DNA of 64,000 nt from a virus. Lineage: Duplodnaviria; Heunggongvirae; Uroviricota; Caudoviricetes. Of the stretch, positions 38,470 to 47,036 are shown in pieces (position 1 is the first letter of the stretch; each line of letters starts with the position of its first letter). Location: IMG/VR virus record IMGVR_UViG_3300035696_000002. One strand, written 5' to 3'. Below the pieces are notes generated by a model. The model worked only from the letters and a program-made list of their open reading frames with translations, searched no databases and was not told the DNA's origin. The position numbers were made by a program, and so were the translations under genes.

Positions 38470-38960
38470 TGGCCCTCCTCACCAAACATCACGGGTTTGA
38501 TCTGATGCAAATCGGCTATCAGAAGATGGTCAGCGATGAAGTGTTGAAGGGCCTCGCCCCGAATGCCACAGTCGAGGTCACGCAAGACATCCTCGGTGGA
38601 ATGATTTATAGCCTGCGTGCGTGGGTACTCAAGAGTGAGCAGAAGGAAACCAAGTACGTCAGCGTGGAATACCCGGCTACGTGGTTCGATCATTTCAAGG
38701 ACTATTACCTCAAATCGGGCAATCGCTTCATGAAATGGTTGGTGTCAAAGCTGGCCCCGCCGAAGATGCAGTACAAATCGAAAACCGTGGAAACATTGAT
38801 TCGGATTTGTCCACACGCGGACTATGCTTGGACGCCGGATCAGGTACAGGCGAAGCATGTGGACTTTCTGGAGTGGCGGTTGACTGATGGTGATCCGACG
38901 CCGCACCCGGATAGCAATATCTTCCCGCCGTCGCGACTCAACTTTGAGAAAAACAAATGA
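38469..38960 (+). CDS. hypothetical protein
   Basis: TAATG coupling. Confidence 0.65.
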   Translation: MALLTKHHGFDLMQIGYQKMVSDEVLKGLAPNATVEVTQDILGGMIYSLRAWVLKSEQKETKYVSVEYPATWFDHFKDYYLKSGNRFMKWLVSKLAPPKMQYKSKTVETLIRICPHADYAWTPDQVQAKHVDFLEWRLTDGDPTPHPDSNIFPPSRLNFEKNK

Positions 38961-39310
38961 CATTCAAGGAACGATGGGCGAAGGTCGAAGCAGCATGGAA
39001 TTGGTGGATCGCAAAGATCGAGGCCTTCCGCCAACGGGTAGGCGGAAACATCAGCATCTTCATCTACGCCTGCCTGTTCCTGCTTTATCCCGCCGTTCTG
39101 ATTCCCGCTGCGGTCTATGAGGCTGGCAGAGGGCACTGGCGGGACGCCGCTGTGATGTTCGTGCTGGGTCTGGTGATGATCCCCATTGCCCGGCTGTTTT
39201 ACTTGTTCGAAAAGTGGTTGTGGGCATTGAGTGATAGATTCATGGATTGGGTTGGGAGGAAGCTTGGTGTTACGGAGGTTCCGAAAGATGGTCGCACAGG
39301 AAAAGCCTAA
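38957..39310 (+). CDS. membrane protein
   Basis: two TM segments. Confidence 0.6.
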   Translation: MTFKERWAKVEAAWNWWIAKIEAFRQRVGGNISIFIYACLFLLYPAVLIPAAVYEAGRGHWRDAAVMFVLGLVMIPIARLFYLFEKWLWALSDRFMDWVGRKLGVTEVPKDGRTGKA

Positions 39311-39551
39311 GTACGAATTTGAGGGCGTGAAGCACACGCTCGAAATCGACCAAGACATTTGGGATCACACGCAACGCTACGTTCTCGATCAGATCGCAAT
39401 CATGCAGCGTCACGGTTCACAGCCTGATCCGCCTCTGACGCAGGCCCAGTTCGAGGACTTGGTCTATGTCACGGCGAAATATCCGCAACAGGTTCGCAAT
39501 TTGAGGAAGAAGAATGAAACCCCTACGATTAGTCGGCCCGACTCAATATGA
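39288..39551 (+). CDS. hypothetical protein
   Basis: GGAGG RBS. Confidence 0.55.
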   Translation: MVAQEKPKYEFEGVKHTLEIDQDIWDHTQRYVLDQIAIMQRHGSQPDPPLTQAQFEDLVYVTAKYPQQVRNLRKKNETPTISRPDSI

Positions 39552-40275
39552 GCGTCTGATGGACGCCGTCAAATACTACCAGCGGTTCGGCTATACCTAC
39601 CTCGACGTGCCGTGGGCTGTATCCAAAGAAGCTGTGGACATCACCCGGCCAAAAGAGTCAACAGGAGAACTGCCCCACTATACGGTGGATGCAGGAACGA
39701 AGGTGCAGCGACACGGCGGATGGTACAGCAACGCCACGGAAATTTATCCTGTAGCCTCGGCTGAGCAAAGTTTCTTACAGCTTCAGTTGACCAACGTGAG
39801 ATCGAGTTTGGATTCACGCGACTCAGGCGGCTATGTCACGCTTACTCCGTGTTTCCGTAACGAACCAATTCTGGACGACCTACATCAGCCGTATTTCATG
39901 AAAGTGGAGTTGATCGACTGGACGGGTGTTTCATCGAATGATGTCCATGACATGATCCAACTCGCTTACGAATTTTTCTCCGAGTACCTTCCGGTGGACG
40001 TTGTCGAGAACAAGGAAAAAGATGCGGGGGCCTACGCATTCGATATCGTGTCACGCCGAGGCCGTATCGAGGTAGGGAGTTACGGTGTCAGACAAAACGA
40101 AACGGTCGGTCTGTGGCTTTACGGGACGGGCTGTGCGGAGCCGCGATTGAGTTATGCCATCGAAGTCGAAGACAGGAAAAACCAGCCGAACCAGTCGGCC
40201 CAAACAAACTCCGCGTCGGGCAAACTCGGAGACCTCCTCCCCGCGTCCGAAGACTACCTCACCCGGCAAGGCTAA
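39514..40275 (+). CDS. stand-alone class II aminoacyl-tRNA synthetase-like catalytic core
   Basis: SAEQ, motif-2-like PCFRNE..H..YFMKVEL, EVGS, motif-3-like GTGCAEPR; no anticodon domain. Confidence 0.7.
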   Translation: MKPLRLVGPTQYERLMDAVKYYQRFGYTYLDVPWAVSKEAVDITRPKESTGELPHYTVDAGTKVQRHGGWYSNATEIYPVASAEQSFLQLQLTNVRSSLDSRDSGGYVTLTPCFRNEPILDDLHQPYFMKVELIDWTGVSSNDVHDMIQLAYEFFSEYLPVDVVENKEKDAGAYAFDIVSRRGRIEVGSYGVRQNETVGLWLYGTGCAEPRLSYAIEVEDRKNQPNQSAQTNSASGKLGDLLPASEDYLTRQG

Positions 40276-40279
40276 ACCC

Positions 40280-40387
40280 TTGAGTGACGAGCAGTTGCGT
40301 CGAGCCGCCCGGCTTGACCCCCGGCAGATGTCTTTTTTCGGGGAAGACCACGAACGAGAAATACGCCGAAAACGCCGTAAATCCTGA
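40280..40387 (+). CDS. 35-aa basic peptide with QMSFF motif
   Basis: TTG start after upstream stop; start uncertain. Confidence 0.4.
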   Translation: MSDEQLRRAARLDPRQMSFFGEDHEREIRRKRRKS

Positions 40388-40451
40388 TAAAATAGGGCCA
40401 TGGGGTTCGAGTCCACAGACTTCCCTTTTCATAAGGGTAGGGGGAGCCTGA

Positions 40452-40550
40452 ATGTGGATGCGGCGGTGTCCTCGGTGCGGTGCAGAGTTGCGTAAATCGC
40501 ACCTGAAGGAAATCGTTCGTTGCATCTGCGGATGGGTCTGGGGAATCTAA
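40452..40550 (+). CDS. 32-aa Zn-ribbon peptide (not in ORF track)
   Basis: GGGGAG RBS; CPRCG...CICGW; TAATG coupling. Confidence 0.55.
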   Translation: MWMRRCPRCGAELRKSHLKEIVRCICGWVWGI

Positions 40551-41011
40551 TGAATGAAGTGACACTGAACCAAGTTTTTGATCGACTCTTTGTCGGTGAC
40601 TGGCTCATGGGAGCCGGACTGGTCGCCTACAACCCACACAAGGTCACCGCTGTTCTGTGCGTCCACCAAGAGAACAGCTACAAGAAAGACCCGAACATCA
40701 TCTACGCCCTTATCCCGTTCGATGACGGGCACGAAATTCCTGAACGACAATTCAAAGAATGCCTCAGTTGGCTCAAGTTCATGTACGAGAACGGGCACAA
40801 CATCCTGATCCATTGTGCCGCTGGCAGATCGCGTTCTGTGACGATCACCGCAGCATTCATGCACTATGCGGGACTTGCTACCTTTGAGGAGGCATTGCAG
40901 ATGATCGCATTGGCCCGCCCGGAAGCAAGCAACCCGCACCCGGCAGTAGTTGTGTCGGCAAAGAAGATGCTCAAGATTTGGCCGTACTGTGAAGATGCAT
41001 TCAAGGAGTAG
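40550..41011 (+). CDS. dual-specificity / tyrosine phosphatase
   Basis: IHCAAGRSRS (HCx5R). Confidence 0.9.
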   Translation: MNEVTLNQVFDRLFVGDWLMGAGLVAYNPHKVTAVLCVHQENSYKKDPNIIYALIPFDDGHEIPERQFKECLSWLKFMYENGHNILIHCAAGRSRSVTITAAFMHYAGLATFEEALQMIALARPEASNPHPAVVVSAKKMLKIWPYCEDAFKE

Positions 41012-41014
41012 CCT

Positions 41015-41644
41015 ATGACCCTCGAAGAAACGTTGTCACAAGTGTTCGCGGCAGAGGGAATCACGCCGGAGCACCAAAAAGAGATTCTGGCTTACCTCAC
41101 CGTATTGAAGCAACGCGATGAGAAAACCTACGAGCACTCAATTCGAGTCGCTTTGAAGACAGTTGAGATCGTGAAGCAGGCTCACATGCCCGGCATCACA
41201 CCGCGAATGATGCTTTGGGCCGGGCTCCTGCATGACATCGGCAAGACGCTTATCCCACCGGAGCTATTGAAAAAGACGGGCGGCTTTACTGAGGCAGACT
41301 ATCAGGGCATGGAGCCGCACGTAGAGTATGGCTGGAAGATGCTCCAAGCCTGCCACGACTACACAGCCCACATCATCGTCCGGCATCACCAATTTGGCCC
41401 CAAACCCTACCCATCAGTCCTTCCCGACCTACCCGGCTACCTCAAAGACAAACGCGGCATGATCGACACAGCAGCCCGACTCCTGTCTCTGGCCGACTAC
41501 TACGACGCTATCGCGACCCGGCAGAACAACAAATTTGGAAAACCGCTGACCCCGGAAGAGAAGAAAGCCCAGTACGAGAAAGACAACGCCGACCGGGCGG
41601 AGTTGGTGCTCCAGCTTGAAATTGCTGGAATCTTGCGATTTTAG
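41015..41644 (+). CDS. HD-GYP-like phosphodiesterase
   Basis: EHSIRVA, LHDIGK, HVEYG, HH, PYP, ADYYDA. Confidence 0.85.
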   Translation: MTLEETLSQVFAAEGITPEHQKEILAYLTVLKQRDEKTYEHSIRVALKTVEIVKQAHMPGITPRMMLWAGLLHDIGKTLIPPELLKKTGGFTEADYQGMEPHVEYGWKMLQACHDYTAHIIVRHHQFGPKPYPSVLPDLPGYLKDKRGMIDTAARLLSLADYYDAIATRQNNKFGKPLTPEEKKAQYEKDNADRAELVLQLEIAGILRF

Positions 41645-41646
41645 GA

Positions 41647-41662
41647 CGCCTTAGTAGAGGCG
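41647..41662 (+). promoter_or_regulatory. RBS-sequestering hairpin
   Basis: CGCCT-TAGTAG-AGGCG, 3 nt before ATG. Confidence 0.45.
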
Positions 41663-41665
41663 GAG

Positions 41666-42193
41666 ATGTCACTTAACATCGAAAAACTGCACGCAGCAGC
41701 CAAAAATGGCAAGGTCGCCGCGACCGAAGTCAAGGCCCCCGGCAAGTACGATATTGGCCTAAAATACAGCATTTTCTTGGCTGGTGCCATTGACCAAGGT
41801 GCCGCCGTTGACTGGCAGAAGCAGGTCGCCCGTGCCCTTGACGATCTTGATGTCCTGATCCTGAACCCCCGCCGTGACGATTGGGACTCCTCGTGGGAAC
41901 AAACCGCCGACAACCCTGAGTTCCGCAACCAAGTGGAGTGGGAACTGGGTGCTCAGGAGAACGCCGACATGGTGATCTTCGTGTTCACCAAGGACAGCAA
42001 GGCTCCGATCACGTTTCTTGAGTTCGGCCTGTTCGCTCCGAAGAAAGACGCCATGGTTTGTGCTGAGGAGGGATTCTATCGGCAGGGCAACCTCGACATC
42101 GTCTGTCAGCGGTACGGCATTCCAATCTACCACAGCCTTGACGAAATGGTCGCTGATCTCCACACGGCGTTAGAGGACAAAGTCAATGGGTAA
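41666..42193 (+). CDS. nucleoside 2-deoxyribosyltransferase-like protein
   Basis: IFLAG, DWQ, LNPRR, QVEWE, PITFLEFG, GNLD. Confidence 0.85.
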   Translation: MSLNIEKLHAAAKNGKVAATEVKAPGKYDIGLKYSIFLAGAIDQGAAVDWQKQVARALDDLDVLILNPRRDDWDSSWEQTADNPEFRNQVEWELGAQENADMVIFVFTKDSKAPITFLEFGLFAPKKDAMVCAEEGFYRQGNLDIVCQRYGIPIYHSLDEMVADLHTALEDKVNG

Positions 42194-43334
42194 GCACGTA
42201 TTCGTCCTGACGGTCGTTCAAGGTGAGTGTGAGTACCCGGTCGCTGTGGTCACCGATCAGCAGGTTGCTGAGCAGTGGCGATCTGAGGCAAGAACTGGCA
42301 CACATAACTGGATTCCTCTGGAAGAGGATGATCTCGATACAGCACAGGGCTACGGCGGATTCACCACATTCAAACCTAAACCCAAATCCAAAAGAAACGA
42401 GCCTAGCCCGGTGACTCAGGACATGGAACGCATCCAGAAAAATCTTGAAGAGATTCAGCGGATGCAGAAACGGCGTAGCTCATGGCTGTTCGAACCGAAG
42501 GCTGCGAAGCCGCCCGTTGAGCCTACTGAAGGAGAACACCGCGAACAGTACGAGAAGTACTCCCCGCACAAGTACCGGGGGTACGCTGATGGGAACACGT
42601 GTTACGTCTGCTCCGCAAAGCGGAGTGTGCACCCGGAGACCCTTCCCCAAGAGCAAAAGCAAGAAGAACAGCCCAAGCCTCAGGTGCAACAGCAACAACC
42701 GAAAGAGGAGCCTAAGCAGCAACAGGCCCCCCAGCAGAGAACGCCGGAAGAGGAGTCGGCTCAGGCAGACTTCGATACGGAGATGGGTTTCGCCAAAAAC
42801 CTCCTCGCCGGGCAGGTGACCATCGAACAATTCCCATACTACGCCAGCTATAAATCCACAATTGATGCGGAGAGTAAACTTCTTCCGGCTGGCGGACGAG
42901 TATTATTTGTAGGTGGAGGCCCGATTCCCCTGTCGAGCATTCTGTTTGCCCAAAACGGATTCACAGTCGATACTTTGGAGTTGAACGGTGAAGCGAAACA
43001 GGTGGGTGAGCAGGTCGCCAAAGCTGTTGGTGCCCCGGTCGGCAAGTTCATGACTGGCGATGCCCGAACATTCAATGGCTACGCGGCCTACGATGGGGTT
43101 ATAATCGCATTAGAAGCCGGGCCTGAGGCCGTAAGCAAGTCTGCCGTGGTGAAGAACATCATGGCCAATGCGAAGCCGGGAACGGTCATTCTGGCTCGTG
43201 GTACGGCTGGCGGTGGTGGGGATGCTTTCGTGGATACGGCAAAAAGTCTGCCGCCCGGCGTCCGCATCACAAACGCGATCAGCACGTTTGACGGCCTGAG
43301 CAAAACTTACGCAATCGAGAAAACCAATGGTTAA
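42186..43334 (+). CDS. nicotianamine synthase-like (SAM-dependent aminocarboxypropyl transferase) domain with long N-terminal extension
   Basis: FPYYASY, VLFVGGGPIPLSSILFA, YDGVIIA, PGTVILAR match NAS-family blocks. Confidence 0.75.
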   Translation: MGKHVFVLTVVQGECEYPVAVVTDQQVAEQWRSEARTGTHNWIPLEEDDLDTAQGYGGFTTFKPKPKSKRNEPSPVTQDMERIQKNLEEIQRMQKRRSSWLFEPKAAKPPVEPTEGEHREQYEKYSPHKYRGYADGNTCYVCSAKRSVHPETLPQEQKQEEQPKPQVQQQQPKEEPKQQQAPQQRTPEEESAQADFDTEMGFAKNLLAGQVTIEQFPYYASYKSTIDAESKLLPAGGRVLFVGGGPIPLSSILFAQNGFTVDTLELNGEAKQVGEQVAKAVGAPVGKFMTGDARTFNGYAAYDGVIIALEAGPEAVSKSAVVKNIMANAKPGTVILARGTAGGGGDAFVDTAKSLPPGVRITNAISTFDGLSKTYAIEKTNG

Positions 43335-43650
43335 ACTAACGCCAAAAGCAGTAGAAAAAGTGAAAGAGATCATGGAGGCCCAAGACCCGAAGCCTGCCGC
43401 ACTGCGGCTGGGCGTCATCGGCGGAGGCTGTTCCGGCTTCTCGTACTCCATGCAGTTCGACAACGAAAAGGGCATGATGGACAAAGAGTTTGAATTCGAG
43501 GGGCTGAAGCTCCTTGTCGATGCCACGTCGATGATGTACCTCGACGGCTGCGAGGTTGACTACCTCGAAACACTGGAAGCGTCCGGGTTCAAGTTCAATA
43601 ACCCGAACGTGAAGAGCACATGTGGGTGTGGGTCAAGTTTCAATGCCTAA
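43327..43650 (+). CDS. iscA: A-type Fe-S carrier (IscA/HesB)
   Basis: GGGCSGFSY, NPN..TCGCGSSF. Confidence 0.95.
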   Translation: MVKLTPKAVEKVKEIMEAQDPKPAALRLGVIGGGCSGFSYSMQFDNEKGMMDKEFEFEGLKLLVDATSMMYLDGCEVDYLETLEASGFKFNNPNVKSTCGCGSSFNA

Positions 43651-43800
43651 CGAAGATTGGATTACCGAAGGGCACGTCATCCCGCTTGAGGTACAGGAAC
43701 AGATTGCTCGCGACCTAGCAAAGCGGGCACAGGAAGATCACATCCGCATGTTTGGTAGCTGCACGGTGCTCTGTCTGCGGCCTGAGAAAGCTGAGGAGTG

Positions 43801-43995
43801 ATGGAACTGACACGGGAAGAGGAGTTGTTCTACTGTTTCGCACCAGTCCTCGTGACTTTCAACGAATGGAAGCAACACCCAGAAAAGTTTTTGCTGGGCA
43901 CCGACATGGACAGGTATTTGCACGAAATGAGGCAGTATTACAAAGTGACTGTCGGCGAGTGGGACACGATCATGAAAAGGTTTGAGGAGAGATAG
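43801..43995 (+). CDS. hypothetical protein
   Basis: GAGGAG RBS. Confidence 0.55.
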   Translation: MELTREEELFYCFAPVLVTFNEWKQHPEKFLLGTDMDRYLHEMRQYYKVTVGEWDTIMKRFEER

Positions 43996-43996
43996 T

Positions 43997-44188
43997 ATGG
44001 GCTTAAGGGATGATGACGAGCAGATTTTCCGGGATCGTGCTTTGCTGGATTGGGCACGTGAGGCTCCACGGCCTCGTGATTATGACGCAGGGCCGATGAG
44101 CGAAGAGGAATCGGCGGCTCGCGAACACGCAACACGCAAATGGCTTGAGAAGAAGCCGCGTAGACGCCGCTACGCAGACGAAGACTAA
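43997..44188 (+). CDS. hypothetical protein
   Basis: GAGGAG RBS. Confidence 0.55.
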   Translation: MGLRDDDEQIFRDRALLDWAREAPRPRDYDAGPMSEEESAAREHATRKWLEKKPRRRRYADED

Positions 44189-44574
44189 TGGCATACAGCG
44201 ACAAGGTTCTCGACCACTACAACAATCCCCGCAACGTCGGCTCCATGGATAAAGCGAGCCCGGACGTAGGGACAGGTCTGGTTGGAGCACCTGAATGCGG
44301 CGACGTGATGAAACTCCAGATCAAGGTTAACAAAGAAACTGGAGTGATCGAGGATGCTAAGTTCAAGACCTTTGGTTGCGGCTCCGCAATTGCCTCATCC
44401 TCGCTCGCGACTGAGTGGGTCAAGGGTAAAACGATTGATGAAGCCCTTGCGATCCAGAACATGGAGATCGTAAAGGAACTCAGCCTGCCGCCTGTCAAGA
44501 TTCACTGCTCCGTCCTCGCCGAAGACGCCATCCGTGCGGCAATCGCAGATTGGAAGAAAAAACAGAGTGTCTAA
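44188..44574 (+). CDS. iscU: Fe-S cluster scaffold IscU
   Basis: NPRNVG, GAPECGD, GCGSAIASSS, LPPVKIHCS. Confidence 0.95.
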   Translation: MAYSDKVLDHYNNPRNVGSMDKASPDVGTGLVGAPECGDVMKLQIKVNKETGVIEDAKFKTFGCGSAIASSSLATEWVKGKTIDEALAIQNMEIVKELSLPPVKIHCSVLAEDAIRAAIADWKKKQSV

Positions 44575-45001
44575 AGAAGACGGACGCAATTTCCACGAAT
44601 GGTTTGACGGGGTGTATACGTTCACCCAGATCGACCTCCACGCTGGCTGCAAGCATGTGCACGTGCACAAGGTTCAACTCCCCAAGTATGGACAGAAGGG
44701 CTGGTATGTTTCGATTGGGAGCCTGAGTGCCTTCGCCCACAACGGCGATCAGGAAAAACACAAGGGCTGTTGGTCGCCGGATTACCTGTACGTGTGCAAA
44801 CGGTCGTATGAGTTCGAGGATGAGTGCCAAAACCTCAGTTCTCGCTGGCCCGATCTCGATGATCGCAAACTCCCGGTGACTGAACACGCAAGCCTCTGGG
44901 ATTTCTACAAGGCAGTCGGCTACGACTACAAGCGGAAGAAATGGCTTAATACTGACGCCAAGGCACCAAAACAAAAGTCCTTGAAATCTGCAAAAAAGTA
45001 G
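44567..45001 (+). CDS. hypothetical protein
   Basis: ORF track; GTG start. Confidence 0.6.
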   Translation: MSKEDGRNFHEWFDGVYTFTQIDLHAGCKHVHVHKVQLPKYGQKGWYVSIGSLSAFAHNGDQEKHKGCWSPDYLYVCKRSYEFEDECQNLSSRWPDLDDRKLPVTEHASLWDFYKAVGYDYKRKKWLNTDAKAPKQKSLKSAKK

Positions 45002-45048
45002 TATTGTTCCCTATGTAGGGCGACATTTCGCCCGAGAATAGGAGCAAT

Positions 45049-45504
45049 ATGAAACTACCCCGTAACAAACCACTGAAACCAGCACCTTGGAAGGATAGCC
45101 ACGACTACGAGAAGTATCCCGGTCGTCGCCCCTGCCCGCATCCTGACTGCCCCATCCCGTTCCGCGATCCGTGGCGGGAGTCGCAGTGCGTCCTCAACAA
45201 GCCCATTGGGATTTACATCCCACCGGGTGAGCACATTCACTTGGAGTGCCCGGTGCATCCGGGAGGCCACGTCATGTACGGCTCACCGATCACATTCATG
45301 GAAGTGCCGATGGAGAAACGTGAGAACAACTTGCCCGACCCCAGCTACAAGCTGACGGCCTTGGGCGGGGACATCCTCGACTCCAGCAAGCCCTTCTGCG
45401 ACTTTGATTCGAGCCGCCAGTTCGTGGACTACGACGCCTCCAGCAAGACGCATTTCGTCGATTACGATGCCAGTAAGCCGTTCGGCAGAACTACCATCGG
45501 ATAA
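45049..45504 (+). CDS. hypothetical protein with C-terminal peptide repeats
   Basis: AGGAG RBS; D(S/A)S.K.F.D(Y/F) repeats. Confidence 0.65.
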   Translation: MKLPRNKPLKPAPWKDSHDYEKYPGRRPCPHPDCPIPFRDPWRESQCVLNKPIGIYIPPGEHIHLECPVHPGGHVMYGSPITFMEVPMEKRENNLPDPSYKLTALGGDILDSSKPFCDFDSSRQFVDYDASSKTHFVDYDASKPFGRTTIG

Positions 45505-45534
45505 TCTTCTTTTCTCACAAATCTTGGTATTAAG

Positions 45535-45564
45535 AAGGGTGCGGCTGAGGCTGCACCCTTTTTT
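45535..45564 (+). terminator. intrinsic terminator
   Basis: GGGTGCGGC-TGAG-GCTGCACCC plus T6. Confidence 0.75.
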
Positions 45565-46125
45565 ATGCGATTTCCCTACAACAACGTACTGACCATCAAG
45601 CAGCAGTATAAATCAGGCAAGATCACACGCGAGGAAGCGAAGGAACAACTCGCTTACGTTCTCGACATAGAAGACGACGGTTGTGCGGACGCCCGCACGG
45701 AGCACGAGAAGACTCAGCCACTTGAATGGCTGAACCACGGCCCGCTGCTCATGCTGTCTGACGTGTGTGCCACGCTCCGCATGTGGGCCTCGATTCGCTC
45801 TACTCCCCTCGATACCGACTCAGATTACAAGATTAAAGAACGCGAAGAATTCGGTGAGACATGGCGTTCGCTCGACCTTGCGATTCGAAAGAGCAACTTT
45901 CTCGCCCGGCTATTTTTCACTGAAGAGGGTGTTCGCACTGTTCCGTGCCCCGACCACAAAGGGCAGTGGAGCGGCTGTTTCAGTGAATGCCACGTGCCGG
46001 GCAAAGAACACGGCCCCTGCCCCTGTCAGCATCAAGGCAACGTCACAGGTTGGCTGGCGACTGATCCGAAGCACGCCGATCTCACTTACTGGGATCAAGA
46101 AACTAAGGGGTACAAGCAGCCGTAA
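45565..46125 (+). CDS. hypothetical protein
   Basis: ORF track; Cys/His cluster. Confidence 0.65.
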   Translation: MRFPYNNVLTIKQQYKSGKITREEAKEQLAYVLDIEDDGCADARTEHEKTQPLEWLNHGPLLMLSDVCATLRMWASIRSTPLDTDSDYKIKEREEFGETWRSLDLAIRKSNFLARLFFTEEGVRTVPCPDHKGQWSGCFSECHVPGKEHGPCPCQHQGNVTGWLATDPKHADLTYWDQETKGYKQP

Positions 46126-47033
46126 TGGATATCAACTCCAAGCTGGTTCTCGCAAGCAAGAACATGTACACAGGCATGATCCTGTACACGTTTGTGCTCA
46201 CCTATCCCCGCGTGATTCTCGCGGAAGTCAACACGCACCGAATGCTCAGCCGCAATACTGCCTCTTCGCGTGCCATCCCCGCCAAGAAACAGCGGGAGCG
46301 GGTGCTCCTCAATCCTTTCGTGCCCGTCACCATCGGTGCAAATCAGAAAGGCATGCAGGCCGGAGAAGAACTCACGGGTTGGCGGCATTTCGTTGCCGTC
46401 CAGACATGGAAGCTCGCCCGGTATCCGATGGTCGGAGCCTCATGGATTCTCGATAAAGTCGGAGCCCACAAACAGGTTGTAAACCGCATCGTGGAGCCGT
46501 GGACGTTCACGCAACAAGTTGTGACGTGCACCGACTTGAAGAATGTGTTCAAGCTTCGCGATCACAAAGACGCGGAGCCCCATTTCCAGATCATTGCGAA
46601 ACAGATGCACAAACAGGTTGAGCGAGTTGAAGCCCTGTTTGGTGCTCTCGACTTCATCAAGGGCGATCAACATGACCGTTCCATTGGGCCGATTGATCCG
46701 TTCAACAACATCGAACGAATGCAGGGCCTCTACGAAGGCGAATGGCACATGCCGTTCCTCGACGAGAAGGAAGCGAGATCGCTGGACATCGAATCAGCGA
46801 AACAGGTCAGCACGGCCCGCTGTGCTCGCGTCAGCTACTTCCTGCCGGAGAGTGGTGCACGTTCAGATTTGAAACGAGATTTGGAACTGTGTCAGAGGCT
46901 TTCGTCCTCCGGGCACTGGAGTCCATTTGAACATGTGGCAACACCTGTTCACGAGAACGACTACGTCGGAAATTTCCGGTCGTGGAAACAGTACAGGAAA
47001 GAATTCGCCAGCGAGGCTGGCGGGGATAGGTAA
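46125..47033 (+). CDS. thyX: flavin-dependent thymidylate synthase
   Basis: THRMLSRNTASSR signature; ARVSY; GHWSPFEH. Confidence 0.85.
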   Translation: MDINSKLVLASKNMYTGMILYTFVLTYPRVILAEVNTHRMLSRNTASSRAIPAKKQRERVLLNPFVPVTIGANQKGMQAGEELTGWRHFVAVQTWKLARYPMVGASWILDKVGAHKQVVNRIVEPWTFTQQVVTCTDLKNVFKLRDHKDAEPHFQIIAKQMHKQVERVEALFGALDFIKGDQHDRSIGPIDPFNNIERMQGLYEGEWHMPFLDEKEARSLDIESAKQVSTARCARVSYFLPESGARSDLKRDLELCQRLSSSGHWSPFEHVATPVHENDYVGNFRSWKQYRKEFASEAGGDR

Positions 47034-47036
47034 CTT

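Noticed and set aside
40394-40440. GGGTTCGAGTCC T-loop-like sequence suggesting a tRNA
   Set aside because: No acceptor, D or anticodon stems can be built around it
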